Positions 43,769 through 54,248 of a stretch of DNA of 64,000 nt are shown piece after piece. The notes beneath the pieces are model-generated. The model made no database searches and was not told the origin of the DNA. It saw only the letters and a program-made list of their open reading frames with translations. Each line of letters starts with the position of its first letter. Within the stretch, counting starts at the first letter, position 1. The translations under genes and the position numbers were made by a program. Origin of the DNA: Myxococcota bacterium (lineage in GTDB: Bacteria; Myxococcota_A; UBA9160; UBA6930); assembly GCA_965223415.1 (NCBI GenBank), contig OZ245002.1:5504001-5568000 (forward strand). The letters are read 5' to 3'.

Positions 43769-45451
43769 TTGAACGCCGCGCTGCTCGCCCTGGGTGTCTT
43801 CGTCCTGTTCGCGGTGGGCTATCGCTTCTACTCGGGCTTCCTCGCCCGCCGGATCTTCGCCCTGGCCGAGGACGAACCGGTGCCGGCCCGCGAGCTCGAG
43901 GACGGCGTCGACTACGTCCCCACCCGCAAGGACGTGCTCTGGGGCCACCACTTCACCTCGATCGCCGGTGCGGCGCCGATCGTCGGGCCCGCGATCGCGG
44001 TCATCTGGGGCTGGGTGCCGGCGCTGCTCTGGGTGGCCATCGGCACGGTGATGATGGGCGCCGTCCACGACTTCTCGGCCCTGGTCATCAGCTTGCGCAA
44101 CCGGGGCCGCTCGATCGGCGAGATCGCCGGCCACGTGATCAGCCCACGCGTGCGCACCCTCTTCCTGCTGATCGTCTCCTTCCTGATCTGGATCGTGCTG
44201 GCGGTCTTCGCCTTCATCATCGGCACCCTCTTCACCCAGTACCCGGGCTCGATCTTCCCGATCAACGTGCAGATCGCGGTGGCGATGGGGCTGGGCTGGC
44301 TCGTCTACCGCCGCGGCTACCGGATCCTCTCGCCGTCCATCGTGGCCTACGCCGTGCTGCTCGCCGCGGTCTTCTACGGCAACGCCTTCGCCGAGGCGGT
44401 GCCGGCGGTGAAGAGCATCACGGTCACCGGCTGGGTCTGGATCCTGTTGATCTACTCCTTCGTCGCCTCGGTGCTTCCGGTCTGGCTCCTCCTCCAGCCG
44501 CGGGACTACCTGAACGCCCACCAGCTCGTCACGGGCCTCACGCTCCTTACCCTGGGGCTCATCGTGCTCCAGCCCGCGGTGGTCGCTCCGGCGATCAACC
44601 CGAGCCCGGAGGGGGCGCCGCCGATGATCCCCTTCCTGTTCATCACCATTGCCTGCGGGGCCATCTCCGGCTTCCACGGCCTGGTGTCGTCGGGCACCAC
44701 CTCGAAGCAGGTCGGCTGCGCCACCGACGCGCGGATGATCGGCTACGGCGGCATGCTGGGAGAGGGCTCCCTCGGCATGCTCGCGGTGCTGGCCTCCACC
44801 GCCGGCTTCGTCTCCTTCCAGGACTGGTCGACCCACTACGCGAGCTGGGGCGCGGCCAACGGCCTCGGCGCCAAGCTCTCGGCCTTCGTGGACGGGGGGG
44901 CGCGCTTCGTCGCGTCCCTCGGCATCCCCGCCGAGACCGCGGCCACCTTCATCGCCGTGATGGTGATCGCCTTCGCGGCGACCTCTCTCGACACGGGCGC
45001 CCGCATCCAGCGCCTCGTGATCAGCGAGCTGGCCGAGGCCTACGGCTGGACCGCGCTCCGCAACCGCTTCGCGGCCGGCGCCCTGGGGATCAGCGCGGCG
45101 CTGCTCCTCGCGGTCACCCAGGCCGGCGGCCAGGGCGGACTGATCCTCTGGCCGCTGTTCGGGACGACGAACCAGCTCGTGGCCGGCGTGACGCTCCTCG
45201 TCGTCTCGGTGTGGCTGCGCAAGCAGGGCAAGCCCGTCGTCTACACCCTGGTGCCGATGCTCCTGGTCGGCCTCGCGACGGTGGTCGCGATGACCGGCGA
45301 GGTGATCGGCTACTACCAGGCCTTCTCGGAGCGCTGGCTGCTGGCGCTCTCCGGGAGCGTCATCCTGGTGCTCGACGTGTGGGTGCTGCTCGAAGGCACG
45401 AAGGTGCTCCTCGGCGCTCGGCCGGAGCACCCCGCGACCCAGGCCGCATAG
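43769..45451 (+). CDS. cstA: Carbon starvation protein A family transporter
   Basis: DGVDYVP, GHHFTSIAGAAPIVGP, LPVWLLLQPRDY, ACGAISGFH, WPLFGTTNQL; TTG start with GGAGG. Confidence 0.93.
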   Translation: MNAALLALGVFVLFAVGYRFYSGFLARRIFALAEDEPVPARELEDGVDYVPTRKDVLWGHHFTSIAGAAPIVGPAIAVIWGWVPALLWVAIGTVMMGAVHDFSALVISLRNRGRSIGEIAGHVISPRVRTLFLLIVSFLIWIVLAVFAFIIGTLFTQYPGSIFPINVQIAVAMGLGWLVYRRGYRILSPSIVAYAVLLAAVFYGNAFAEAVPAVKSITVTGWVWILLIYSFVASVLPVWLLLQPRDYLNAHQLVTGLTLLTLGLIVLQPAVVAPAINPSPEGAPPMIPFLFITIACGAISGFHGLVSSGTTSKQVGCATDARMIGYGGMLGEGSLGMLAVLASTAGFVSFQDWSTHYASWGAANGLGAKLSAFVDGGARFVASLGIPAETAATFIAVMVIAFAATSLDTGARIQRLVISELAEAYGWTALRNRFAAGALGISAALLLAVTQAGGQGGLILWPLFGTTNQLVAGVTLLVVSVWLRKQGKPVVYTLVPMLLVGLATVVAMTGEVIGYYQAFSERWLLALSGSVILVLDVWVLLEGTKVLLGARPEHPATQAA

Positions 45452-45461
45452 GGAGATCGCC

Positions 45462-46304
45462 GTGGACGTACGCAACCTCGCGGGAAAGACCGCCCTCGTG
45501 ACCGGCGCCGCCAGCGGCATCGGGCGGGCCAGCGCCCTGGCCTTCGGGAGACGCGGCGCCGACCTGGTGATCTGCGACCTCGACGAAGCCGGCCTGGCCG
45601 AGACGGAGAAGGAGCTCACCGCCCAGGGGCGATCGGTCCTGGCCCGCCGGGTCGACGTCGCCGACCAGGAGGCGATGGGCGCCTTCGCGGAAGAGGTGGG
45701 GGACGCCTGCGGCGCGGTCGACTTGCTGATGAACAACGCGGGCGTCGGACTGGGCGCCCGCTTCCTCGACACCAGCCTCGAGGATTGGGACTGGATCCTG
45801 GGCATCAACCTGCGCGGCGTGGTCCACGGCTGCCACTTCTTCGTGCCGAAGATGGTGGAGGCGGGCCGCGGCGGGCACGTGGTGAACGTGTCGTCGGCGG
45901 CGGGCTACCTGCCGGGAAGCGTGCTCAGCGCCTACGTGACCACGAAGTACGCCGTGCTCGGGCTCTCCGAAGCCCTCTCCCTCGAGCTGGCGCCCCACCG
46001 CATCGGCGTCACGGCCCTGTGTCCCGGGATCATCGACACGCCGATCACGCGCTCGTCGCCCCTGCGCGGCGCGCTGGAGCGCCAGGGCATGCGGGACGAG
46101 ATGGTGGAGCGCTATCGCCGGCGCGGCTACGGGCCCGAGCGGGTGGCCGAGGGCCTGCTGAAGGCGATCCAGAAGAACCGCACGGTGGCGCCGGTGAGCC
46201 CGGAAGCCTGGATCGGCTACGGGCTGAAGCGCCTGGCGCCGGGCCTGGTGCGCTGGCTCGGGGCCCGGGCGGAGCGGAGCGCCCTGGCAGAGACCGACGC
46301 ATGA
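45462..46304 (+). CDS. Short-chain dehydrogenase/reductase
   Basis: TGAASGIG, NNAG, YVTTK. Confidence 0.95.
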   Translation: MDVRNLAGKTALVTGAASGIGRASALAFGRRGADLVICDLDEAGLAETEKELTAQGRSVLARRVDVADQEAMGAFAEEVGDACGAVDLLMNNAGVGLGARFLDTSLEDWDWILGINLRGVVHGCHFFVPKMVEAGRGGHVVNVSSAAGYLPGSVLSAYVTTKYAVLGLSEALSLELAPHRIGVTALCPGIIDTPITRSSPLRGALERQGMRDEMVERYRRRGYGPERVAEGLLKAIQKNRTVAPVSPEAWIGYGLKRLAPGLVRWLGARAERSALAETDA

Positions 46305-48073
46305 GCGAGCCGGTCCTCCTGCCGCGACCGAGGGAGCTCGAGCGCTTCGAGGGTGCGGGCGCCCCGGTGGACGCCACCGTGTTCGAGGCGGAGGAGCGCG
46401 GGCTCCCGCCCCAAGCCTACCGGCTGCGGACCGTGGGAGGACGGATTTCGTTGGCCTACGCGGACGAGGCCGGCCGCCGCTACGCCCACGCCACCCTCGA
46501 GCAGCTGAAACGGAGCGCGGTGGACGGCCAGCTCCCGCCCTACAACGTCCGGGACTGGCCGGACTTCCCGGTCCGCGGCCTCATGCTCGACGTCAGCCGC
46601 GATCGCGTGCCCACCCGCGACACCCTGGCGCGGCTCGTGGACGTCCTCGACCTGCTGCGGCTGAACCACCTCCAGCTCTATACGGAGCACACCTTCGCCT
46701 ACACCGGTCACGAGGCGGTGTGGCAGCACGCGTCGCCGATGACCCGCGACGACGTGGAGTGGCTCGACGCCCTGTGCGCCGAACGCGGCATCGAGCTGGC
46801 CGCGAACCAGAACACCTTCGGTCACATGGCGCGTTGGCTGCGGCATCCGGCCTATCGCGACCTCGCCGAGGCGCCGGAGGGCTTCACCACGAAGTTCGGC
46901 GTCCACCTGCCCGCCGGGGTGCTCGCCCCGACCCAGGAGAACGCGGACTTCGCCCTCGGGCTGTGCCGGGAGCTCCTCGCCCACCACCGGAGCCGGCGGA
47001 TCAACATCGGCTGCGACGAGACCTTCGAGCTGGGCCAGGGCCGGAGCGCCGCGGAGGTGGAAGCCCGGGGGAAGGAGCGGGTGTACCTGGAGCACCTGCT
47101 GCGGCTGGTGCGCGGGCTCCAGGCCGACGGCCGCGAGGTGCTCTTCTGGGGCGACATCCTGCGCGGGCATCCGGAGCTGGCCGCCGAGCTTCCGAAGAAG
47201 GACCTGGTGGCCCTCGCCTGGCACTACGAGGCGCCGATGGACCCGAGCGCCCTGCCCGACTCGCTCTTCGAGGTCCTCTCGGATTTCGGGGTCACCCGGG
47301 ATGCGCTGCGCGGCTTCGAGGGACACGTCGAGGGCTTCGCTCGGGCGGGGGTGCCCTTCTGGGTGTGCCCCGGCACGTCCACCTGGAACACCCTGATCGG
47401 CCGCTTGCGCAACGCACGAGGCAACCTGCTCGACGCGGCCGAGGTCGGTCTCGCGCGGGGCGCCGCCGGCTATCTGGTCACGGACTGGGGAGACAACGGC
47501 CACATGCAGCCGCTCTCGGTGAGCTGGCCGCCGCTCGCCTACGGGGCCGCGGTGAGCTGGTGCGCCTTGACGAATCGCGACGTCGATGTGACGCCGGCCC
47601 TCGACGCCTACGTCTTCGAAGACGAGGCCGGAGTGCTCGGCGGCCTGCTCGAGCGTGCCGGCAACCTCTACGACGCCACGGGCAAGACCGCCATGAACGG
47701 CAGCCCCCTCTTCACGGATCTGCTCACCGGCGGCGGCCTGCTGGGCTCGATGGGAGAGGCCGACCCGGAGCGGACCGCGGCGACCGTCGACGCCCTCGAC
47801 GCCTGCCTGGGAAGCCTCGCCGAGAGCGCCCCGGGGGCGGTGGACGGCGCGGTGGTCCGCCAGGAGCTCGAGGCCGCCCTGCGCCTGGCCCGCCACGGCG
47901 CCTGGCGCATCGCCCGCCTGGCCGGCTTCCCCGGGCGCCCCGGCGACGCGGCGCTCGCCGAAGACCTCCGCGAAGCCATCACCCTTCAACGCGAAGCCTG
48001 GCTCGCCCGCTCCCGGCCCGGCGGTCTCCCCGACAGCCTCGCCCGCCTCGAAGCCACGCTCGCCACGTACTGA
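46301..48073 (+). CDS. Glycoside hydrolase family 20 (beta-N-acetylhexosaminidase-like)
   Basis: DWPDFPVRGLMLDVSR, LQLYTEHTF, FGHM, NIGCDET, WGD, TDWGD. Confidence 0.88.
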   Translation: MSEPVLLPRPRELERFEGAGAPVDATVFEAEERGLPPQAYRLRTVGGRISLAYADEAGRRYAHATLEQLKRSAVDGQLPPYNVRDWPDFPVRGLMLDVSRDRVPTRDTLARLVDVLDLLRLNHLQLYTEHTFAYTGHEAVWQHASPMTRDDVEWLDALCAERGIELAANQNTFGHMARWLRHPAYRDLAEAPEGFTTKFGVHLPAGVLAPTQENADFALGLCRELLAHHRSRRINIGCDETFELGQGRSAAEVEARGKERVYLEHLLRLVRGLQADGREVLFWGDILRGHPELAAELPKKDLVALAWHYEAPMDPSALPDSLFEVLSDFGVTRDALRGFEGHVEGFARAGVPFWVCPGTSTWNTLIGRLRNARGNLLDAAEVGLARGAAGYLVTDWGDNGHMQPLSVSWPPLAYGAAVSWCALTNRDVDVTPALDAYVFEDEAGVLGGLLERAGNLYDATGKTAMNGSPLFTDLLTGGGLLGSMGEADPERTAATVDALDACLGSLAESAPGAVDGAVVRQELEAALRLARHGAWRIARLAGFPGRPGDAALAEDLREAITLQREAWLARSRPGGLPDSLARLEATLATY

Positions 48074-48093
48074 ACGCCGCGAGGGTGGACCCA

Positions 48094-48131
48094 CCTGAAC
48101 GCACCCCAGGTGCGCGCTCAGGAGCGTCCCC
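48094..48131. repeat. Imperfect hairpin between convergent genes, related to the 39.9 kb repeat
   Basis: CCTGAACGCACC-CCA-GGTGCGCGCTCAGG; TCAGGAGCGTCCCC matches TCAGGAACGTCCCC at 13 of 14 positions. Confidence 0.45.
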
Positions 48132-48135
48132 GCTG

Positions 48136-49551
48136 TTATGTGCGGAACTTGGACAGGAGCGGAGGGGCGGCTTCGAGCAGAGTGGCGCGGAGGTGGGCGA
48201 CGAGGCGCTCGCGGGATTCGCGGCGGCCGATCGGGACGAGGTGGCTGCCGGGGGTCCAGTGGATGGCGGGGCGGTCCCAGTGCTCCCAGAGGGCGTGGGC
48301 CTGCGCGGGCGGGCAGATGCGGTCGGCCCGGGCGGCGATGATGAGCCGCGCCTCCGGCGCGACCCGGGGCGTGTGGGTCAAGGGGGAATGGGGCGCCCAG
48401 GCGTCGCGCCAGACATCGGCGCCCACGCCCGCCGCCTCTCGCGCCCGCCGCGCGGCGGCGCCCTGATCCTGCTCGAGCAGATCGTGCAGCGCGACCAGCG
48501 GAATGGACGGCACGGCACAGGCCAGCCCCGCGTCGAGCGACGCCCACAGGGCGGCCAGGTAACCTCCGAGGCTCATGCCGTAGACACCGACGGCGGGCGC
48601 GCCCTGCTGGCGCAGCCAACCGGACAGCCGTCGCAGCTCCCAGATCGCCTGGCCGAAGGCGGCGTTCGTCTCCAGCGGGTGCGCATCCAGGAAGCCGGCA
48701 CCGGAGCGACGACCGCTGGCCCGGGGGCCATGCAGGGGCAACGTCGGCACCGCCACGTCCAGCCCGAGCTCCCGGTGGAGGCGCTCCACCTCGAAGGCAC
48801 GGGCGTCCCAGGCGATCCGACCCATGCCGTAGCCGTGCAGGCAGACGAGCGTCGGCCGCGGCCGATCGCCGTGACGCCACAGGTGGACGTGGGCCGTCCG
48901 ATTCGCCGCCGCAGCGAGGTAGCGATCGCGGATCTCCGGATCCCGCGGCACGTACTCGCTCTCGAAGCGCAGGCACTCGGCCTGTCCGGCGCCCCACACC
49001 CGCGCCGGCGCGAGGGTGGCCTTCTCCAGGGCCGGGGGCCGCGGGTGCCCGAGGGCCGGATCGTCGACGGTGCCGTCGGCGCGATGGCGCAGGGCGGCGG
49101 CCTGCAGGTCCTCGGCCACAAGGTCCGGAGCCGGCGGCGGCGAGGCCAGGGCCGTGACCGCCCACAGGAGCCGGAGGCCCTCGTCGGTCGCCACCGCGGC
49201 CTGGGTCGCCAGGGACAGGGGATCGGGCAGCTCGACGCCTTCCGGCAGGGGCTCGTGGAAGAGGGACGCCTGGGCCCCGGTTCCGATCACCACCAGCCCG
49301 AGCAGCCCCACGAGCGCACCGGCGGCCAGGGACCCGGCCACTGCCCAGGCGACGCCGAGGAGCAACATCGCCCCGCCCGCGGCGAGGATCCAAGGCGGCA
49401 GCCGCCGGCCCTCGCCCTGGGCGAGCCGCGCCGCCAGCACCACGAGCCCGAGCGAGAGCGCACAGGCCGCGGCACCCGCGACGGCTCCCAGGGTGAGTCC
49501 GGTCGTCGCGAGGACGGCCGCGACGCCGGCCAGGATCCAGGCTCGCATCAT
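48136..49551 (-). CDS. Membrane-anchored alpha/beta hydrolase
   Basis: Four N-terminal TM helices; LHGY, LPLHGPR, GMSLGG, ADRI, GSH. Confidence 0.85.
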   Translation of the reverse strand: MMRAWILAGVAAVLATTGLTLGAVAGAAACALSLGLVVLAARLAQGEGRRLPPWILAAGGAMLLLGVAWAVAGSLAAGALVGLLGLVVIGTGAQASLFHEPLPEGVELPDPLSLATQAAVATDEGLRLLWAVTALASPPPAPDLVAEDLQAAALRHRADGTVDDPALGHPRPPALEKATLAPARVWGAGQAECLRFESEYVPRDPEIRDRYLAAAANRTAHVHLWRHGDRPRPTLVCLHGYGMGRIAWDARAFEVERLHRELGLDVAVPTLPLHGPRASGRRSGAGFLDAHPLETNAAFGQAIWELRRLSGWLRQQGAPAVGVYGMSLGGYLAALWASLDAGLACAVPSIPLVALHDLLEQDQGAAARRAREAAGVGADVWRDAWAPHSPLTHTPRVAPEARLIIAARADRICPPAQAHALWEHWDRPAIHWTPGSHLVPIGRRESRERLVAHLRATLLEAAPPLLSKFRT

Positions 49552-50150
49552 CAGAGCGGTCCCCCCGCGTCGGCCGCCGCGGAGGATGCCGTGGCGAGCT
49601 CGCCGGGCGCGGCGCTCCCCTCGATCTCCGTCCCCTCGAGCAGCCGCGCCTCTGCGTTGGCCAAGGTGATCCCGGGAACCAACGCGCGAAGGACGCCCAT
49701 GTGCGTCACCACCCCGAGCAGCCCGCTGGAACAGCGGGCCCGTGCCCGCGCGAGCGCCGCGAGGGCCCGCGCGCGCACCTCGCGACGGGTCTCGCCGCCA
49801 CCGGGGCGAACGTCCCAGTCGCCGCCGCGCACCCGCTCCACCAGATCCGGATGAAGGGCGAGCAGCTCGGCGTGCGGGCGAGCGCTCCAGCTGCCCACGT
49901 CCATCTCGCGCAGATCCGGCTCGAGCCAGGGCGTGAGCCCGAGCCGCTCCGCCAGGATGTCGGCGGTCTGCCGAGCGCGAGCCAGGTCGCTCGTCACGAG
50001 CGCGGCGACGCCGCGCCCCGCGAGCGCATCAGCCAGCCGTTGCGCCTGCTCCCGACCCCGCGGCGTCAGCGGCGCATCGGCCTGGCCCTGCCACACGCGG
50101 GCGGCGTTCATCGTGGATTCACCGTGACGGATCGCGAGCAGGGGCTCCAT
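49551..50150 (-). CDS. Histidine phosphatase (phosphoglycerate mutase family)
   Basis: IRHGES..N, SDLARARQT, LREMDVG.W, GGET, VTHMG. Confidence 0.92.
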   Translation of the reverse strand: MEPLLAIRHGESTMNAARVWQGQADAPLTPRGREQAQRLADALAGRGVAALVTSDLARARQTADILAERLGLTPWLEPDLREMDVGSWSARPHAELLALHPDLVERVRGGDWDVRPGGGETRREVRARALAALARARARCSSGLLGVVTHMGVLRALVPGITLANAEARLLEGTEIEGSAAPGELATASSAAADAGGPL

Positions 50151-50213
50151 GCGCGCCCGAGGGTAGCGGCTCGCGACGCAGGGGTAGGCCTCGCGCCGGG
50201 CGCGGCCCACCGC

Positions 50214-51512
50214 TCACTTCGCCGGCGCGCGCTCCCGGATCCGGTCCGCCGTCGCGCGCACATCGGGATGGCCGGCGAGCCAGGCCTCGAGGTCCGGATA
50301 GTGACGTACCGGCGCGCGCCCGAGGAGCCAGCGACGCCCCGCCTCCTCCAATCCGCGCTCCACCAGCACCCGCGAACCGTTGCGTGCGACGCTCACGCCC
50401 GGCGCGAGCCGCGCCTCCGCGCGCTCCCGCAGCGCGGGCTCGAGGGCGCCGGCAGCTTCGGGGCTTCGCAGCAGGAAGAGCCAAGCCCACACGTCGCCCT
50501 GGGGACAGGCCAGCAACCAGGCCCGATCGGCCCGCCATGCGCCGGCGGCGTCCGCGGCGCGTGGCGTGCCGTCGAACCAGGCCTCGAGGCCAATCGCTCC
50601 GAAGCTGCTGCTCGAGCGCGTGCGGCAGTCCGCATCCGGAGCGAAGGCGCCCTCGGGAGCCTCGATCTCATCGCGCCCGGCGAGGCCGCGCTCCGGGTGG
50701 AGGAGTGCAACGCTGGTGAGGGGCGGCTCGCGCAGCAGCCTTGCGCGGCCCGCATCGCCTTGCGCGTCCTGCACCCCGCTCACCCAGCGATAGCCGAGCG
50801 GATACGGCCGCAGGAACATGGCGCGCAGCCAGGGGGAGCCCTCCGGCAGCGCAGCCTCCACGTCGATCTCGAAGTGCCGCGCCCAGACCTCCGCGTCGGG
50901 CATGGGGGTGCCGCGGCTCCGCTCCGCGTCGCGGTGCTCGGTCCAGAGGGCGTCGCCCTCGAGGACCGCGGACCATGCGAAGGCGACGTCGTCGAAGCCC
51001 TCCAGCCCCAGGCTCAGGTCGGGAAGCGGGGAGTGGGCGGCCTGGAAGGCGTGGGCCAGCTCGTGGACCAGCACCCGGGCGACGGCCGGCCGGGCCAGCG
51101 CCGCGGCCTTGCGCCCGCCGCCCCGGGCCACCACGTAGAGTCGTCGATCGATCGCGGTGAAGTAGCCCGCGACCGAGTGGGCCTGCAGCTCGAGCAGCTG
51201 GGTCCAGGGATCGGCGTCCGGCGCGATCAGGCCCAGGGCCCGCAGGAGCGCCGTGGTCGCCTCCCGTTGCTCCGGCGCCACCACCCGGTCCATCTCCCAC
51301 TCGATGCGCCCGCGCACGGCGGCCGGCGCGAGGAGCCGCACCTCGACGGCCGGGGCGCGCTCGACCCCGCGCGCCCGCCGGACCCGTTCCAGGTAGGGCG
51401 CGAGGACGTCCGGGGACAGCAGACCCGGCGTCGCGCAGGCCGCCAGCAGGAAGCACGCGACGAGCGCGGCCCGCCGGCCGCGCGCGCGCCCCCCCCTGCC
51501 CCGCTCCCCCAT
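50214..51512 (-). CDS. Lipoprotein with zincin-like HExxH motif
   Basis: Lipobox LLAA-C; VAGYF, LVHELAHAFQ, LEGDA, PY..G. Confidence 0.75.
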   Translation of the reverse strand: MGERGRGGRARGRRAALVACFLLAACATPGLLSPDVLAPYLERVRRARGVERAPAVEVRLLAPAAVRGRIEWEMDRVVAPEQREATTALLRALGLIAPDADPWTQLLELQAHSVAGYFTAIDRRLYVVARGGGRKAAALARPAVARVLVHELAHAFQAAHSPLPDLSLGLEGFDDVAFAWSAVLEGDALWTEHRDAERSRGTPMPDAEVWARHFEIDVEAALPEGSPWLRAMFLRPYPLGYRWVSGVQDAQGDAGRARLLREPPLTSVALLHPERGLAGRDEIEAPEGAFAPDADCRTRSSSSFGAIGLEAWFDGTPRAADAAGAWRADRAWLLACPQGDVWAWLFLLRSPEAAGALEPALRERAEARLAPGVSVARNGSRVLVERGLEEAGRRWLLGRAPVRHYPDLEAWLAGHPDVRATADRIRERAPAK

Positions 51513-51611
51513 CGCGCAACCGTGACAAATCTCCCCTCGAGGCGCCCGGCAGCGGGCCGGCCGGGAGAACCCGTGCCACGTCGCCGGACGCGCCGCCACT
51601 TCCTCTGACGG

Positions 51612-51914
51612 ATGCGATCCCCCCTCCCGAAGCGGCGCGCCTTCGACCACCTCCACGTCGAGCTCTCGGTGGCGACGGGCGTGGCCCTGCCCCGCTACGA
51701 CCTCTGGCTCTGCCTGCGCGAGGCCGGGCGCGACCCGGAGCTGCTCTCCCGGCGCGAGCTGCTCGCCGCCGTGGACGGCGAGATCGCGGGCTTCCTGGGC
51801 GAACGGGGCCTCGACCTCCCTCCCCGCCGGAACCGGGTCCTTCGCCGGCGCCTGCGACGCTACGACCCGGAGCTGCCGTCGCCGGAGGAGCGGCTCGCCG
51901 CCTGGCTGGAGTAG
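51612..51914 (+). CDS. Hypothetical protein (100 aa)
   Basis: Fills the intergenic gap with typical GC3-rich codon usage. Confidence 0.65.
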   Translation: MRSPLPKRRAFDHLHVELSVATGVALPRYDLWLCLREAGRDPELLSRRELLAAVDGEIAGFLGERGLDLPPRRNRVLRRRLRRYDPELPSPEERLAAWLE

Positions 51915-52071
51915 GCCACCGCCGGAGCCCGAGCTGCCCGAGGAACGTCGGGCGCGTCGACCGACCGTTGCACCCGGACGATGGCAGGCCGCCGGTTTGC
52001 TGCCGGTCGCGGCGGCTCACTTTCCCGACACCGTTTCGTGGGCCGCGGCCACTCCCTAGCGAGGAGGAGCC

Positions 52072-52809
52072 GTGGACCCCGTCGCCCGCGACCCCGTCAT
52101 CCTGCGCGAGGATCCCCTGTCCCCGGCCGTCTCGGGCCTGGGCGAGCGGCTCGAGCGGCTCGGCTTCGCGCTGGCGCGGGTGTCCGAGGAGGCCGAGCTG
52201 CGGACCCAGCTCGCGCGATGCCAGGGGCCCCAGGCCCTGCTCCTGAACACCTCGCTCTCGGCCGCGGAGATCGCCGATTCCCTCGCTGTCGCCTCCGGAG
52301 CGCTGCGCAGCGGCCGGGTGACGGCCCTGGCCGTGGGCCAGGATCCGGCCGTCGCCACGCGCGAGGCCCTCCAGGGCGGCGGCGTCACCCTCGCGGCCCT
52401 GGGCCCGGTCGACGATTCCACCCTTCGCTTCCAGGTGAACCGCGCCTTCCTCGGCGCGCGCGAGGCGGGCCAGGCCCGCGTGGAGGTGCGCGCGCCCTGG
52501 GACGCTCCGGTGAGGCTGCGCAGCCAGGGAGGAGAGCACGCCGCCCGGCTCTACAACCTCTCGCAACACGGAGCCTTCCTCGAGCTCGTGCGCCCCCTGG
52601 CCGAGAGCAGCCCGGTGGACCTCGAGCTGCCGCTCGAATCGGGGCCCACCCGGATTCCCGGCCAGGTGGTGCGCCGAAACGCTCCTGGCTACCAGCGGCA
52701 GCGCCGGGCTCCGATCGGCATCGGAGTGCACTTCGACCCACTCCCGGAGGAGGTCCAGGCCGAGCTGGACGCGGCCGTCGCGAGCCGCAGCGAGCGCCTG
52801 CTCCTCTAG
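52072..52809 (+). CDS. PilZ-domain protein with degenerate receiver-like N-terminus
   Basis: GAGGAGG SD; RVEVR (RxxxR) and NLSQHG (D/NxSxxG); GQVVR...GIGVHF. Confidence 0.85.
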   Translation: MDPVARDPVILREDPLSPAVSGLGERLERLGFALARVSEEAELRTQLARCQGPQALLLNTSLSAAEIADSLAVASGALRSGRVTALAVGQDPAVATREALQGGGVTLAALGPVDDSTLRFQVNRAFLGAREAGQARVEVRAPWDAPVRLRSQGGEHAARLYNLSQHGAFLELVRPLAESSPVDLELPLESGPTRIPGQVVRRNAPGYQRQRRAPIGIGVHFDPLPEEVQAELDAAVASRSERLLL

Positions 52810-52856
52810 GCCGGGGGCCGCGAAGACCTCCTCCGCGAGGCAGCGGGAGGCCGAGC

Positions 52857-53450
52857 CTAGAGCCGCGCCAGCGCCGGCCCCAGGCCCCGCAGCGCCCGAC
52901 CCCGGTGGGAGAGCGCGTGCTTCGCCGCGGGCTCGAGCTCGGCCAGGCTCACCGCGTGGCCGTCGGGCTGGAAGACGGGGTCGTAGCCGAAGCCGCCGCT
53001 GCCGCGCGGCGCCTCGAGGATGACCCCCGGGCACTCGCCGCGGCGCACCTCGCAGCCGCCACCGGGCCGGGCGAGCGCCGCCACGCAGACGAAACGGGCC
53101 CGCCGCGACGCGCCGGACCGGGCCGCCAGGGCATCGAGCAGCGCCCGGAACCGGCCCGCATCGTCGAGCTCGGGTCCGCCGAAGCGGGCAGAGAGAGGAC
53201 CCGGTGCGCCGTCCAGGCCCTCGACCTCGAGGCCCGAGTCGTCCGCCAACGCGGGCAGGCCGGCGACCCGCGCCACGGTCTCGGCCTTGGCCCGGGCGTT
53301 GGCCTCGTAGTCGGTCCCTTCCTCGGGAAGGGCGCGAAGCTCGTCGGCGGTGGCGATGCGCAGCACCACCGGCACCTCGCTCAGCAGCGCCTCGAACTCG
53401 CGGAGCTTTCCCGGATTGCCGCTGGCGAGCACCACCGCGGGACAGGCCAC
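52857..53450 (-). CDS. rdgB: Non-canonical purine NTP pyrophosphatase (RdgB/Ham1)
   Basis: ASGNPGKLRE, NARAKA, ADDSGL, GFGYDPVF, SHRGRA; downstream of rph. Confidence 0.95.
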   Translation of the reverse strand: MACPAVVLASGNPGKLREFEALLSEVPVVLRIATADELRALPEEGTDYEANARAKAETVARVAGLPALADDSGLEVEGLDGAPGPLSARFGGPELDDAGRFRALLDALAARSGASRRARFVCVAALARPGGGCEVRRGECPGVILEAPRGSGGFGYDPVFQPDGHAVSLAELEPAAKHALSHRGRALRGLGPALARL

Positions 53451-53455
53451 GGCGA

Positions 53456-54196
53456 CTAGCCCTCCTTCACGCCCGCCGCCTCCAGAGCCTCGCGCTGGCG
53501 AAGGGCGAGCTCGGCGATCCCGCGGAGGGCGAGATCGGTCAGCTGGTCCAGCTCCTCCCGGCTGAAGGTGGTGCCCTCGCCGGTGCCCTGCACCTCCGCG
53601 AGGCGGCCGCTTCCGGTGGCCACGACGTTCATGTCGACCTCCGCCCGGGCGTCTTCCTCGTAGGGGAGGTCGAGCAGCACGCGGCCGTCGACCAGGCCGA
53701 CCGAGACCGCGGCGATCGAGTCCAGGAGCGGGCTCCGATCCACCGCACCCCGTCGCTGCAGGCGGTGACAGGCCAGGGCCAGGGCCGTGTAGGCGCCGGT
53801 GATCGACGCCGTGCGGGTGCCGCCATCGGCCTGGAGCACGTCGCAGTCGACCCACAGGGTGCGTTCGCCCAGGGCCTTGGTGTCCACCACCGAGCGCAGG
53901 CTGCGACCGATCAGTCGCTGGATTTCGAGGGTGCGGCCGCCCTGCTTGCCCTTCGCCGCCTCGCGGTCGGTTCGCGTATCGGTCGAGCCCGGGAGCAGCG
54001 AGTACTCGGCGGTCACCCAACCCTTTCCGACCCCCTTGAGGAAGCGGGGCACGGTCTCTTCGCTGCAGACGGTGCACAACACCTTGGTCGCACCGAACTC
54101 GCACAGCACCGAGGCCAGCGGGTTCTGCGTGAAATCGGTGATCAGTCGGACGGGACGGAGCTCGTCCGCCGCGCGTCCGTCCATGCGCTTGGCCAT
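53456..54196 (-). CDS. rph: Ribonuclease PH
   Basis: RMDGR...[42 protein letters not shown]. Confidence 0.97.
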   Translation of the reverse strand: MAKRMDGRAADELRPVRLITDFTQNPLASVLCEFGATKVLCTVCSEETVPRFLKGVGKGWVTAEYSLLPGSTDTRTDREAAKGKQGGRTLEIQRLIGRSLRSVVDTKALGERTLWVDCDVLQADGGTRTASITGAYTALALACHRLQRRGAVDRSPLLDSIAAVSVGLVDGRVLLDLPYEEDARAEVDMNVVATGSGRLAEVQGTGEGTTFSREELDQLTDLALRGIAELALRQREALEAAGVKEG

Positions 54197-54248
54197 GCTA
54201 CCCCCCGCCTACCCTTGGTGGCTTCCGACGGCCGGGTCGGCGTCCCCG

